A DNA stretch of 64,000 nt from contig MGHM01000016.1 of NCBI GenBank assembly GCA_001793235.1, positions 746 through 64,745 of the forward strand, written 5' to 3'. The translations under genes and the position numbers were made by a program. Source of the stretch: Candidatus Woesebacteria bacterium RIFCSPLOWO2_01_FULL_44_24b (GTDB lineage: Bacteria > Patescibacteriota > Microgenomatia > UBA8517). Shown in pieces: positions 1 through 8,629 of the stretch (positions within the stretch are counted from its first letter, which is position 1; each line of letters begins with the position of its first letter). The notes beneath the pieces are model-generated. The model saw nothing but the letters and a program-made list of their open reading frames with translations, did not search any database and was not told where the DNA came from.

Positions 1-1080
1 TTTGCCGCAACTACATCGGAGCTTATCTTCGATAATTGGGGCTATTTAGTTGCTATTTTGCCTTTTTTTGCAATGCTTATTTTTTGGCTCAGGCAAGGGC
101 GAGATATTCGCTATGTGGGGGATAATGTTTATTTTACGCCGGACGATAAAGCCACAGAGACAACACCGGTTTTTAATAAACGGGAATTTCTGCCTATGGT
201 TTATAGCCCGATTGCAGGGCTTACCCCTTCGGAAGTTGGCACCTTGGTGGATGAGAAAGTGGACATTCATGATGTGGTGGCTGAGATTATGGAGCTTGGG
301 AGACTCGGGTTTTTGAAGATTGAGAAGCTCGATAAAAAATGGGCTAAAGATGATTATTTGATTAAGAAGCTTAAGGGAGACACGTCAAAGCTTCGCGAAT
401 ATCAAAAATATCTTTACGATTCGTTGTTTTCTTTTGGCGAGGTCAAGGATTTGGTTAAGCTGTCGGAACTGAAGAAAAAATTTTACACCAAGCTCGAGAA
501 GTTCCGCGATAAACTTTATGTTCATACTAAGGATGCGGGCTATTTTGGCGCAAGACCGGACCATATCCGGGCTCTTTGGCTCGTAGTCGTAGGGGTTGCC
601 GAGGGCTTGGCTTTCTTTTTACTCATTCAGTACTTTGAAAGTACCGGCACTTTCTGGCCGTTTGTGATTTTTGCGGCTAGCGCGATTCCTTCTTTTATCC
701 TGGCTTACCAAATGCCACGGCGCACTCCTAAAGGCTATGCGCTTTTCAGGCAAACCAAAGGTTTGGCATTTTATCTAAGTAAGGGCAAGTGGCGCGAAGA
801 AATCAAAGAAAAGCATTTGTTTTTGGATGAGATTTTGCCGCTTGCGATTTCTTTGGGCGTGGTTCGGGAGTTGGCGCGGGATATGCAAGAGTTGGGAGTT
901 AAACCACCTTCTTATTTTGATGCTCATGGTGCGGTTTGGGCGGCATCAATTGGGAATTTCAGCTCAAGCGCATCTTCCAGTTTTGGTGCAGGCACTTCGG
1001 GAAGTTCATGGTCCGGCGGTTCGGGATTTTCAGGCGGCGGCGGCGGGGGCTTCGGCGGCGGCGGCGGTGGAAGCTGGTGA
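1..1080 (+). CDS. DUF2207-like predicted membrane protein, C-terminal part (5' partial; frame open to window edge)
   Basis: Frame 1 has no stop from nt 1. TM helices are followed by an MPRRTPKG motif and a glycine-rich C-terminal tail (SGGSGFSGGGGGGFGGGGGGSW) typical of DUF2207 proteins. Confidence 0.5.
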   Translation, partial: FAATTSELIFDNWGYLVAILPFFAMLIFWLRQGRDIRYVGDNVYFTPDDKATETTPVFNKREFLPMVYSPIAGLTPSEVGTLVDEKVDIHDVVAEIMELGRLGFLKIEKLDKKWAKDDYLIKKLKGDTSKLREYQKYLYDSLFSFGEVKDLVKLSELKKKFYTKLEKFRDKLYVHTKDAGYFGARPDHIRALWLVVVGVAEGLAFFLLIQYFESTGTFWPFVIFAASAIPSFILAYQMPRRTPKGYALFRQTKGLAFYLSKGKWREEIKEKHLFLDEILPLAISLGVVRELARDMQELGVKPPSYFDAHGAVWAASIGNFSSSASSSFGAGTSGSSWSGGSGFSGGGGGGFGGGGGGSW

Positions 1081-1092
1081 TATAATATACAT

Positions 1093-1389
1093 ATGAGAAT
1101 CAAAGGACTTTATCAGGCTCTGGGAGTTACCGCATATATCTCGTTGATTGGTTTTTTTATGATCAATGGAGAAAAAATATTTGGGAATGCCCCAAATTAT
1201 ATTGGCCCGGTAGTGGGACTTCTTCTTTTCAGCGTCTCGGTACTAATTTGCGGACTGATTGTTTTTTATCAGCCTTATAACTTATTTTTTATTGCGAACA
1301 AGAAAAAGGAAGCAATTGACTTGGTAGTTCAGACCACAGCCTGGCTCTTTGGGTTTTTCATAGTCGCCCTTCTTTTGGCTGCATTATGA
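1093..1389 (+). CDS. small integral membrane protein (3 predicted TM)
   Basis: 98-aa ORF with hydrophobic helices, tightly packed between neighbouring genes. Confidence 0.4.
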   Translation: MRIKGLYQALGVTAYISLIGFFMINGEKIFGNAPNYIGPVVGLLLFSVSVLICGLIVFYQPYNLFFIANKKKEAIDLVVQTTAWLFGFFIVALLLAAL

Positions 1390-1850
1390 AAGTGAAAGTA
1401 AGGCGAGCTAATGAGAGTGAGCTACATATAATTCAAGAATTAAATCATGAGCTTTTTGAATCTGATGGCAAGCGCGATAAATATTTAAACCACAACTGGC
1501 CATATGAAGATGGAGAAAAATACTTTGTTAAAAGAATTTCCAAACCGGATTGCATTTGCTTGGTTGCGGAAGTAGATAATCAAGTTGTCGGCTATTTGGC
1601 CGGAGCCCTTATGGAAACAGATAACTGGCGACCAGTGAAACGAACTGAGCTTGAGAACATGTTTGTGAAGGAAAAATTTAGAGGTAAAGGAGTGGGAAAG
1701 AAATTGGTTGAGGAGTTTTTGAAATGGAGTGAAGGCAAGAAAGTAAAAAAGGTTATGGTTTCGGCTTATACCACGAACGAAAAAGCGATAAAGTTTTATA
1801 AACGCGAAGGGTTAATACCTCAGTCTTTGAGTTTGGAAATAGAATTTTAA
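1386..1850 (+). CDS. GNAT family N-acetyltransferase
   Basis: Acetyl-CoA binding motif (VVGYLAG ... RGKGVGKKLVEEFLKW) and a 154-aa size typical of GNAT proteins. Confidence 0.75.
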   Translation: MKVKVRRANESELHIIQELNHELFESDGKRDKYLNHNWPYEDGEKYFVKRISKPDCICLVAEVDNQVVGYLAGALMETDNWRPVKRTELENMFVKEKFRGKGVGKKLVEEFLKWSEGKKVKKVMVSAYTTNEKAIKFYKREGLIPQSLSLEIEF

Positions 1851-1870
1851 TTTCTGCTAAAATATTACAA

Positions 1871-2517
1871 ATGCCCTCTTTGAAAACTTATGCCTTTATT
1901 GATGCCTCTAACTTGTTTTATGGCGGGCAGAAAAGTTTGGGGTGGAGTATTGATTACCAAAAATTAGCTAAATATTTGAAGCGAAAATATCAAGTTTCAA
2001 AAATATTTTATTTTGGAGGTATTGATTTATACGGGTATAAATATGATTATTTGAAGAACCATAGTATCCACTTGATGATGTGGTTAGTCATATTAATAGA
2101 TATTTGAGCGAGAGGAAGCTCAAAAGATCCGAGAGTGAAGTTTTAAAGAAGTATTTGGCGAGAATTAGTTTTTATAAAAAGATTGAAAGTTTTGGCTACG
2201 AACTTTTTCTCAAGCCAGTAAAGATTTACAGACAACACGGTTCGGTTCAAAAGAAAGCTAATTGTGACGTAGAAATGGCGTTCTACTTAATGAGGGAAAT
2301 TAGAGAATACAAGAATGTGGTCGTGCTTTCTGGAGATGGTGATTTCTTGCCTGTTTTGAAGTACCTTCGTGAAAAAAACAAGAAAGTAATAATTTTAGCT
2401 CGTGGCCCAAGGACTGCGAGGGAAATAAGGCTTTTCGCGGGAGCAGATTTTCGTGACTTTGAATATCTTAAATATCAAATCGGGATGGGGACAAAAAAAA
2501 GAAGCGGACTCATATAG
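1871..2517 (+). pseudogene. NYN/LabA-like domain protein split by a frameshift into two ORFs (1871..2107 and 2080..2517)
   Basis: ORF1 carries the N-terminal NYN motif (YAFIDASNLFYGG). ORF2 carries the central and C-terminal motifs (ANCDVEMAF, VVLSGDGDFLPVLKYLREKNKKVIILA). The two frames overlap at 2065..2107, consistent with a single-base frameshift. Confidence 0.5.
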
Positions 2518-2608
2518 AATCCGCTTCATGTTTAGTAGCCCTATTTTAACAGGCGTTTGTTAAAAAATCAATAGGGTGTAAAAGGCGGTAAGCCTGATAC
2601 CTTGAGTA

Positions 2609-3073
2609 TTATTCAGGATACAAATTTACGATTATCTCTTGAAAGTCTTCAAGCGTTTGCGTCTTAAGTTCGTATCTAAACTCAATATGCTGGAATCCAA
2701 GGATCTCGATAAACGGTTGTTCCCGAGGCTCAATAATGTTAATTGATGGTCGATCTGCTTCTTTCACTGGCTGGACTTTTCGATTTAGGGTATATTTTAT
2801 TTTATCTTCCGGAGTTTGGTCGTACTGACTCATTTCAGGATAAAACTTTATTTTGTAAATCTCTTTTAATTCCTCCCATGCCGGTTTGCTAAAAAATGCC
2901 CGGTAGCCCCAGAAAATAAACCGCGGTCCATCCTTAAAATACCAACCGGTTATGAGAACGTTTGGCTCGTCGCGCTGAAGGCGCTTAACATCTTCCTTTG
3001 TTATTTGTTGGCCGTGGTTAACTCCAAAGTTTACCCCGTGCAGTTGTAAGTTATGCTCGGCTGTCATGCGCAA
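2609..3073 (-). CDS. hypothetical protein (weak Mth938-like resemblance at the N-terminus)
   Basis: 154-aa ORF with good coding periodicity, convergent with the NYN gene. No confident family assignment. Confidence 0.4.
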   Translation of the reverse strand: MRMTAEHNLQLHGVNFGVNHGQQITKEDVKRLQRDEPNVLITGWYFKDGPRFIFWGYRAFFSKPAWEELKEIYKIKFYPEMSQYDQTPEDKIKYTLNRKVQPVKEADRPSINIIEPREQPFIEILGFQHIEFRYELKTQTLEDFQEIIVNLYPE

Positions 3074-3155
3074 GAATTATAGCAGAGTTGTTGCGGAAGT
3101 TAAGAGAGGCCAATGGCACATTTGTTACTATAGGGTGAAATTGGTATAATACCTG

Positions 3156-3854
3156 ATGTCTGAGAGCGAACCAAAACGGGTGTTTGGGAAAATTGTCCGC
3201 GGTGTTTCAGTGGGTGCAATGGCTGCCTCTTTAGCTTTCGGGCAAGGAGAAGTTTTACGTGCCCAGGATAACCGCCTTTCTGAAGACCAAATTAACACGC
3301 TCGCAAGATATGGGAAGATTAGAATATTTAATGGACCAAATTCTGAAGGCTATTCTGTGGTAGGGTATGGAGGCTTTATTTGGGACGACTCTAATGGAAC
3401 CTATAAATTCTGCTCTATAAGCCATATAACGAGATTTGATGGCCCAATGCAGGGCATGTTTGAAGATAGCGGGGTTGGGAGAGACCCGGCAACTTGTCAT
3501 GTAACTCACCCGACCGAGCTGGGCCGTGAGAATGCTGCTGGCGCGCCGATCATGTCCACGGAAGGTGTTCAGGAAGGTGAAACCATGTTCATAACTGACC
3601 GTGAAGGTGGAGTGGGGTACTTCACCGTTTCAGAGGCGACTGAAAATATGGCCAAGCTTGAAGCGTTAAACCCGGGAAGCGATGGCCTTCCGGAAAATGG
3701 AGACTCAGGTACATTAGTATATAAGCAAAATGCATCGGGGGATATTCTGGCGGTTGGTGCATATAGTGGCCGGGATATTCTTCCCAATCAGGAAGACCCG
3801 GACCATCCATTAGTGTTTTACAATGTAGCCCTATTTAGTGAGAGTGAAAGTTAA
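3156..3854 (+). CDS. putative atypical trypsin-like (S1) serine peptidase
   Basis: His (ATCHVTH), Asp (ITDREGG) and GDSG (ENGDSGTLVY) appear in chymotrypsin-fold order. Weakly hydrophobic N-terminus. Call is tentative. Confidence 0.35.
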   Translation: MSESEPKRVFGKIVRGVSVGAMAASLAFGQGEVLRAQDNRLSEDQINTLARYGKIRIFNGPNSEGYSVVGYGGFIWDDSNGTYKFCSISHITRFDGPMQGMFEDSGVGRDPATCHVTHPTELGRENAAGAPIMSTEGVQEGETMFITDREGGVGYFTVSEATENMAKLEALNPGSDGLPENGDSGTLVYKQNASGDILAVGAYSGRDILPNQEDPDHPLVFYNVALFSESES

Positions 3855-4240
3855 GGCTTCAGTACTTCGGGAATTTTTTGCCCCTTGGGAATAAATTTTA
3901 TAGATAAAGAGTTTACACAATGGCGAGTGTCTTTTTCAGTCATCTTTTCGCCTTCAAAAACATGGCCTAAATGTGCTCCACAGTTGGCACACTGAATTTC
4001 AGTCCTTTGGCCATCCACATCAGGAAGCCATTTAACGGCGCCCTTAAAGTGCGCATCAAAAGCCGGCCAGCCACAAGCCGCGTCAAATTTTGCCTTACTT
4101 TCAAACAGGGGATTGTTACACCGGCGGCAAATATAAATTCCTTCTTTGTAAAAATCATCATACTCACCGGTATACGGGCGCTCGGTGCCTTTGTTCTCAA
4201 TGACGTGTTTTTCCTCGGAAGTTAGCTTGTTGAAGGCCAT
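3851..4240 (-). CDS. msrB: peptide-methionine (R)-S-oxide reductase MsrB
   Basis: CGWPAF motif, two CxxC zinc knuckles, and the catalytic RTEIQCANCGAHLGHVF signature. Confidence 0.9.
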   Translation of the reverse strand: MAFNKLTSEEKHVIENKGTERPYTGEYDDFYKEGIYICRRCNNPLFESKAKFDAACGWPAFDAHFKGAVKWLPDVDGQRTEIQCANCGAHLGHVFEGEKMTEKDTRHCVNSLSIKFIPKGQKIPEVLKP

Positions 4241-4246
4241 GGATTA

Positions 4247-4471
4247 TTGTACTACAATACAGACATGAAAAAGCTTTACAGAAGCAAAAGCGATAAAAAA
4301 CTAACAGGCCTTTTGGGCGGAGTCGGGGAGTATATGAAAGTGGACCCGACGGTCTTGAGGCTTTTGTTTTTAGTTCTGGCCGTCTTCACCGGCTTTTTCC
4401 CGGGAGTGTTTTTCTACATCCTTGGAGCCCTGGTCGTCCCCGAAGAACCAAAGAGTGCCAAGAAGTCTTAA
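4247..4471 (+). CDS. PspC domain-containing membrane protein
   Basis: LYRSKSDKKLTGLLGGVGEYMKVDPTVLRLLFLVL matches the PspC domain consensus. Single TM. Confidence 0.75.
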   Translation: MYYNTDMKKLYRSKSDKKLTGLLGGVGEYMKVDPTVLRLLFLVLAVFTGFFPGVFFYILGALVVPEEPKSAKKS

Positions 4472-4478
4472 CATAGAG

Positions 4479-4748
4479 ATGAGACTCGAAAATGAAGCAG
4501 ATATTGCCTTTTCCCAAGTGTTTTCGGGATTATGGCGAGCCGCGACCGGCGAGCAAGCAAGATCTTGCGTTGACAGCAGGTTTTACGAGACATATATGAA
4601 GGGTCTAAAGGCCGATACTGATGAGCAAATACGCAAGGGAAAGATAAACTCAGCAAGTCTGGAACTAAGAAATCAAATTTATATGGGTTTGCGTGAATTC
4701 CCCAATTTCCCACATGAGCCGTCCCCAGAGGTGGTTAAAAAAAATTAG
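4479..4748 (+). CDS. hypothetical protein
   Basis: ORF downstream of the PspC gene. The internal Met at 4479 avoids the overlap. No recognisable motifs. Confidence 0.3.
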   Translation: MRLENEADIAFSQVFSGLWRAATGEQARSCVDSRFYETYMKGLKADTDEQIRKGKINSASLELRNQIYMGLREFPNFPHEPSPEVVKKN

Positions 4749-4809
4749 AGTAGATTTTATTCAAAAGTGAAGATTGAAACAATTTCTTTCAGGAGTAATT
4801 TCTTGTCTA

Positions 4810-4838
4810 TTGACAGGTAACTTCTGATGTTTTATTCT
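4810..4838 (+). promoter_or_regulatory. sigma70-like promoter (TTGACA, 17-nt spacer, TATTCT) driving the S-box leader
   Basis: TTGACA at about 4810-4815 and TATTCT at about 4833-4838 with a 17-nt spacer, directly upstream of the riboswitch. Confidence 0.4.
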
Positions 4839-4845
4839 GTCTTTA

Positions 4846-4987
4846 CAGTTTATAAATCAAGAGAGACGGGTACAGAACTCGCTGGTTGATCCGTCCGGCA
4901 ACCCCGCGCTTATTTGCGGAAGTAGTCAAAAGTGACGAAGGGTGCCAAAACGAGCCCAAAAGGGGATGATTGGCCACAAATTAGTAT
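4846..4987 (+). promoter_or_regulatory. SAM-I (S-box) riboswitch aptamer
   Basis: Hallmark S-box elements AUCAAGAGAG (P1/P2 kink-turn side), GGCAACC (P3 5' arm), GGUGCC (P3 3' arm / pseudoknot partner) and GAUGA (P1 3' side). P3 is extended by inserted hairpins. Lies upstream of metK. Confidence 0.65.
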
Positions 4988-5013
4988 GCTCTCCTTTTTA
5001 GGAGAGTTTTTTT
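4988..5013 (+). terminator. intrinsic terminator / riboswitch expression platform
   Basis: GCUCUCC-UUUUU-GGAGAG stem-loop followed by a run of 7 U. The 3' arm GGAGAG is identical to the aptamer 5' AAGAGAG segment, allowing an antiterminator alternative. Confidence 0.7.
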
Positions 5014-5042
5014 GTGACCATGGTATCCGGAGTGAGATAACC

Positions 5043-5240
5043 ATGAGTCGGAACTTTTTCGATGCAGGGCATAACTGCCCGAAAACGGGGTATTTTGTAG
5101 AATTTCGGATTTGGATAGGAAATCCGATAGTCTGTCCTAAGTGCGGGAACGCTTTGGAGGTTGTGCCTTTAAGGTATGAAGGCGAGCAAACAGTTGAGCG
5201 CGACCAAAAAGTTATTAACTTAGGCAAAGAAAGAAAATAG
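5043..5240 (+). CDS. small zinc-ribbon protein (66 aa)
   Basis: RBS ggagtgag is followed by ATG. H-x-C ... CPKCG metal-binding pattern. The longer 4932 start from the ORF track would run through the riboswitch and is rejected. Confidence 0.5.
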   Translation: MSRNFFDAGHNCPKTGYFVEFRIWIGNPIVCPKCGNALEVVPLRYEGEQTVERDQKVINLGKERK

Positions 5241-5242
5241 AA

Positions 5243-6349
5243 ATGAAGACGTATTTTACATCTGAATCAGTAGCCGCCGGGCACCCGGATAAGCTTTGCG
5301 ACCAGATTTCTGACAGCATAGTCGATGCGGCACTTGCGGCTTATGCTGGCTCAAGGGTGGCTGTGGAAACCCTGGTTACCGAAAATAGAATTGTTTTGGC
5401 AGGGGAGGTAAGCTGCCCCAAAAGTCTTCCTTATGCCAAAATAGCTCGCCAAAAGATAAAAGCGTTAGGATACACCGGCGAGCTTTATAATTTTTCCTAT
5501 AAATCCCCCGTCTCCGTATATATCCACCAGCAATCTCCTGATATCGCCGTCGGAGTTGATAACGGCGGCGCGGGGGACCAGGGGATGATGTTTGGCTATG
5601 CATCCAACGAAACCCCGGAGTTAATGCCGCTTCCTATCGCTTTGGCTCATAAGCTGGTTGCAAAAATGGACGAAGTACGAGACAAAAAGATCTTACCTTT
5701 TTTGCGCCCTGATGGCAAAAGCGAGGTGAAAGTGAGATATAAAAACGGCAAACCGGAAAGCGTGGAAATGATTATTCTGGCTGTTCCTCATGACCCCAAA
5801 GTCAGCCCCAAAGAAGTCAAAGCCAAACTTATTGCCAAAGTTATTAAACCGGTACTGGCCGGCTACAAGCTGCATATTCCCGAAGCCAAAAATATTGTTA
5901 TTAACGGCACCGGCAAATGGGAGATTGGCGGGCCGGCAAGTGACACTGGAGTGACCGGCAGGAAAATTATTGTTGATACATATGGCGGGATGGCGCGCCA
6001 CGGAGGTGGCTGCTTTTCCGGTAAAGATCCGTCCAAAGTTGACCGAAGTGGCGCTTATGCGTGCCGATTTTTAGCCAAGAATATTGTCGCGGCCAAGCTG
6101 GCCGAGCGCTGTGAGATGCGAATTGCCTATGTGATTGGCAAAAGAGAACCAGTGGATATCGGTATTGAGTGTTTTGGCACCCAGAAAAAATCGCTACCTT
6201 TTATCCGTAATTTTGCGAAGACATTATTAGACTTGTCTGTAGCCGGTATTATAGATGGTCTCAAACTTAGGCAACCAATCTATGCCAGGACTGCGGTGTA
6301 CGGGCATTTTGGTAGAGAAGAATTTCCCTGGGAAAAGGTGGTTGTATAA
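5243..6349 (+). CDS. metK: S-adenosylmethionine synthetase (methionine adenosyltransferase)
   Basis: FTSESVAAGHPDKLCDQISD, GGGCFSGKDPSKVDRSGAYACRFLAKN and YGHFGR signatures of bacterial MetK. Confidence 0.95.
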   Translation: MKTYFTSESVAAGHPDKLCDQISDSIVDAALAAYAGSRVAVETLVTENRIVLAGEVSCPKSLPYAKIARQKIKALGYTGELYNFSYKSPVSVYIHQQSPDIAVGVDNGGAGDQGMMFGYASNETPELMPLPIALAHKLVAKMDEVRDKKILPFLRPDGKSEVKVRYKNGKPESVEMIILAVPHDPKVSPKEVKAKLIAKVIKPVLAGYKLHIPEAKNIVINGTGKWEIGGPASDTGVTGRKIIVDTYGGMARHGGGCFSGKDPSKVDRSGAYACRFLAKNIVAAKLAERCEMRIAYVIGKREPVDIGIECFGTQKKSLPFIRNFAKTLLDLSVAGIIDGLKLRQPIYARTAVYGHFGREEFPWEKVVV

Positions 6350-6366
6350 TTTATTGAGCAAAACTA

Positions 6367-6627
6367 ATGCCAAAGGTAAAAATAATTGATGTCTATTGCA
6401 AAAACGGCCATCTTCTGTTTGGCAGATACATTAAAGAAAAGCCGGGATTCCTCATGAAGTGCTATATAGACATGATTGGCAAGGACAAGGTGGGAGTCGC
6501 GGGACTCCCAAATGAAACAGATGTTTTCTGCCCTGAATGCAAAATAAGAATCGGCCGCATAGGCATAGTCCACGGCAGGCCTTCAGTGATTATTAATCAT
6601 GGGGGAGTGAAGAGGGTGAGGACATAA
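6367..6627 (+). CDS. small zinc-ribbon-like protein
   Basis: CKNGH ... CPEC pattern. Sits 18 nt downstream of metK, probably in the same operon. Confidence 0.45.
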   Translation: MPKVKIIDVYCKNGHLLFGRYIKEKPGFLMKCYIDMIGKDKVGVAGLPNETDVFCPECKIRIGRIGIVHGRPSVIINHGGVKRVRT

Positions 6628-6875
6628 TATGCTAACATGATTTATTGTGGAAATAAGTCTATCGCCAATATTTGCAAAGTTACTTCTCAGAATTAACCCT
6701 TTTGTACGCTTCAGAGTCATGTGTCAGGGCTACAGCGAGGATTATGAAAATTTTACAGAACTTGTTTGGGAAGACGATAAAAACTTAGATTTTTCTGCCA
6801 CCACATTGATTTGTTCCTTCTGATCTCTCTTAATTCCTTTTGACTTGTCTTAACCTTTTATGATATAAAGTCGCT

Positions 6876-7337
6876 ATGTCTGAATGGCTTACAGAAGAAG
6901 GAGGTCAGGGAGTACCAAGTGAACAACCAGAGTTGGTAATCAGCCAATTTGATAAAGATAAAGCCCTTGAAATCTTAAAGAAAGGTGGAGAAGAAGCACA
7001 AAGGGAGCTTCGTAGCTGGAAGTACGACGATTTATCAGATGATGACCACATTGAGGCGATGGCGGAGTTACTACGATTTGAGTTGGCTGAGATAAGGGGC
7101 GAGGCTATAGATGATATTAGGCCGTATGATTTGCAATCATATAAGCAGACGATGTGGGTTAATCCTGTTCATCAGGCTCTATGGGAGGCAACACGTAATC
7201 GGCTTTATCCAGAGGACGATAGGATGAGTTTCCGTGTAAGGTTTGCGGAATGGACTAACTGGTTCCTCCGTGAGGGACACAAAATTTATTCTTATCCCGA
7301 GTTCGAGGAAAGGACGAAGGAGTTTGGGCTTCTTTAG
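6876..7337 (+). CDS. acidic hypothetical protein, possible partner of the EVE-nuclease gene
   Basis: 153 aa, rich in D/E. Starts after a 250-bp non-coding region and is co-oriented with, and 63 nt upstream of, 7401..8525. Confidence 0.45.
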   Translation: MSEWLTEEGGQGVPSEQPELVISQFDKDKALEILKKGGEEAQRELRSWKYDDLSDDDHIEAMAELLRFELAEIRGEAIDDIRPYDLQSYKQTMWVNPVHQALWEATRNRLYPEDDRMSFRVRFAEWTNWFLREGHKIYSYPEFEERTKEFGLL

Positions 7338-7400
7338 TAAAGCATATTAAAATCTCAATTCTCCTGGAATGATTGGGCTTTTTGAGGTAGAATATGATTA

Positions 7401-8525
7401 ATGTTCACAAAAAGGAAAGTATTTTTAGTAGTTGCCGGAGGCGGTCAAGCCGCTGAGCAACACTTTGAAGATACCATAAGAAGAAAGCGTACCCTCGGCG
7501 AAGTTAGAAACTATTTGCCCTCAGAAGAGATCAAAAAATTAGAAGACATTTATCATAGCGCGGAATTTATTGTCTGGGGAGCAGTTCCTGGACCCCAGAA
7601 TGAGGGTAGATGGGAAAAAATGGATGCTGGGGACATAGTTCTTATTTACAACAAAGGGTATATTAAGTTCATAGGCGAGGTGGCTGCTAAGGTTAGGAAT
7701 CAGGAACTTTCAAGATATTTTTGGCGAGAAAATGAAACAGGAAGCACCTGGGAGCTGATGTATTTTATTGTCAACGAAGAAGAAGTGAATGTGCCAATCG
7801 AGAAATTAAATCCATTCTTGGGCTATCAACTTCATTTTAGACCTCAAGGTTTTCTGATGGTTAATCAGAAAGCTGTTGACAATTTCTCTCGTAGTTATGG
7901 TGATGTTTTAGGAGTACTTAAAACTTTAGAGAAAGGCGAAGAACTGATGCGTGTTCCTTCCAGAGCCGAGCTTTTTAGTTCGGAAATCGACGAACAGCTT
8001 GAAAAAAGACCAACTGAACATGATGAAATACAATGGAGGCTCATAAGGCTAGGGCAATTGGCAAAATGTGACATTTGGATTCCCAGGAATGATCAATCAA
8101 AACAATTTGAGGGAATTAGATTCCGAGATCATGTTTTGTCTCAGATTCACGAAACTTTGGATGTGCCGCCATCGATAAAAAACATAGACGTAGTATGGAA
8201 GTTCGGACCATATTCTATCAAGTCAGCTTTCGAAATTGAAAATAGTACATCGGTTTATTCCGGTATATTGAGGCTTTCGGACCTGCGTGCCGAAAATCCC
8301 AATTCTAACTACCCGCTTTTTATTATTGCTGCCGAGGAAAGAAGGAGAAAAGTTTTTAATGAATTGAAGCGGCCAACTTTTTCAGGTGCTTGCTTGAGGC
8401 TTAATGAGGTTATCAACTTTATTGGATATAAAAAAATCAGAGATATAGACGAGTCATATAAAAACTCCAAGGATTTCGACCCGCAAGTTCTTTTTGCGGC
8501 GGGAGAAAGACCTGAAAACCAGTGA
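7401..8525 (+). CDS. EVE/PUA-like domain + restriction-endonuclease-like domain protein (candidate modification-dependent type IV restriction enzyme)
   Basis: The N-terminus (VFLVVAGG ... FIVWGAVPGP ... RWEKMDAGDIVLIYNKGYIKFIGEVAAKV) matches the EVE/PUA-like beta-barrel pattern. The C-terminal half has the helix + IWIPRND + IDVVWKF + EIE arrangement reminiscent of PD-(D/E)xK-like nucleases. Confidence 0.5.
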   Translation: MFTKRKVFLVVAGGGQAAEQHFEDTIRRKRTLGEVRNYLPSEEIKKLEDIYHSAEFIVWGAVPGPQNEGRWEKMDAGDIVLIYNKGYIKFIGEVAAKVRNQELSRYFWRENETGSTWELMYFIVNEEEVNVPIEKLNPFLGYQLHFRPQGFLMVNQKAVDNFSRSYGDVLGVLKTLEKGEELMRVPSRAELFSSEIDEQLEKRPTEHDEIQWRLIRLGQLAKCDIWIPRNDQSKQFEGIRFRDHVLSQIHETLDVPPSIKNIDVVWKFGPYSIKSAFEIENSTSVYSGILRLSDLRAENPNSNYPLFIIAAEERRRKVFNELKRPTFSGACLRLNEVINFIGYKKIRDIDESYKNSKDFDPQVLFAAGERPENQ

Positions 8526-8629
8526 CCCAGATGAAAAATATATTAATGATAATTCTGGTTTTAGTTGTTTTAGGCGGTGCGATTTTTGCATTCTATTTGC
8601 TTGGCGACTAGAAGCCGGCAAGCCGGCCA

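Noticed and set aside
961-1080. GGCGGCGGC-rich stretch, possible short tandem repeat or CRISPR-like repeat
   Set aside because: It is simply the codons for the glycine-rich C-terminal tail of the DUF2207-like protein. There is no repeat-spacer periodicity.
2520-2608. Possible tRNA or ncRNA between convergent genes
   Set aside because: Only a 7-bp inverted repeat (CCCTATT ... AATAGGG) with a large loop. It has no tRNA-like T-arm or acceptor and fits a bidirectional terminator region at most.
4932-5042. N-terminal 37 codons of track ORF 4932..5240
   Set aside because: This stretch runs through the riboswitch P3/P4 and the intrinsic terminator. A proper RBS+ATG lies at 5043, so only the 66-aa C-terminal part is called.
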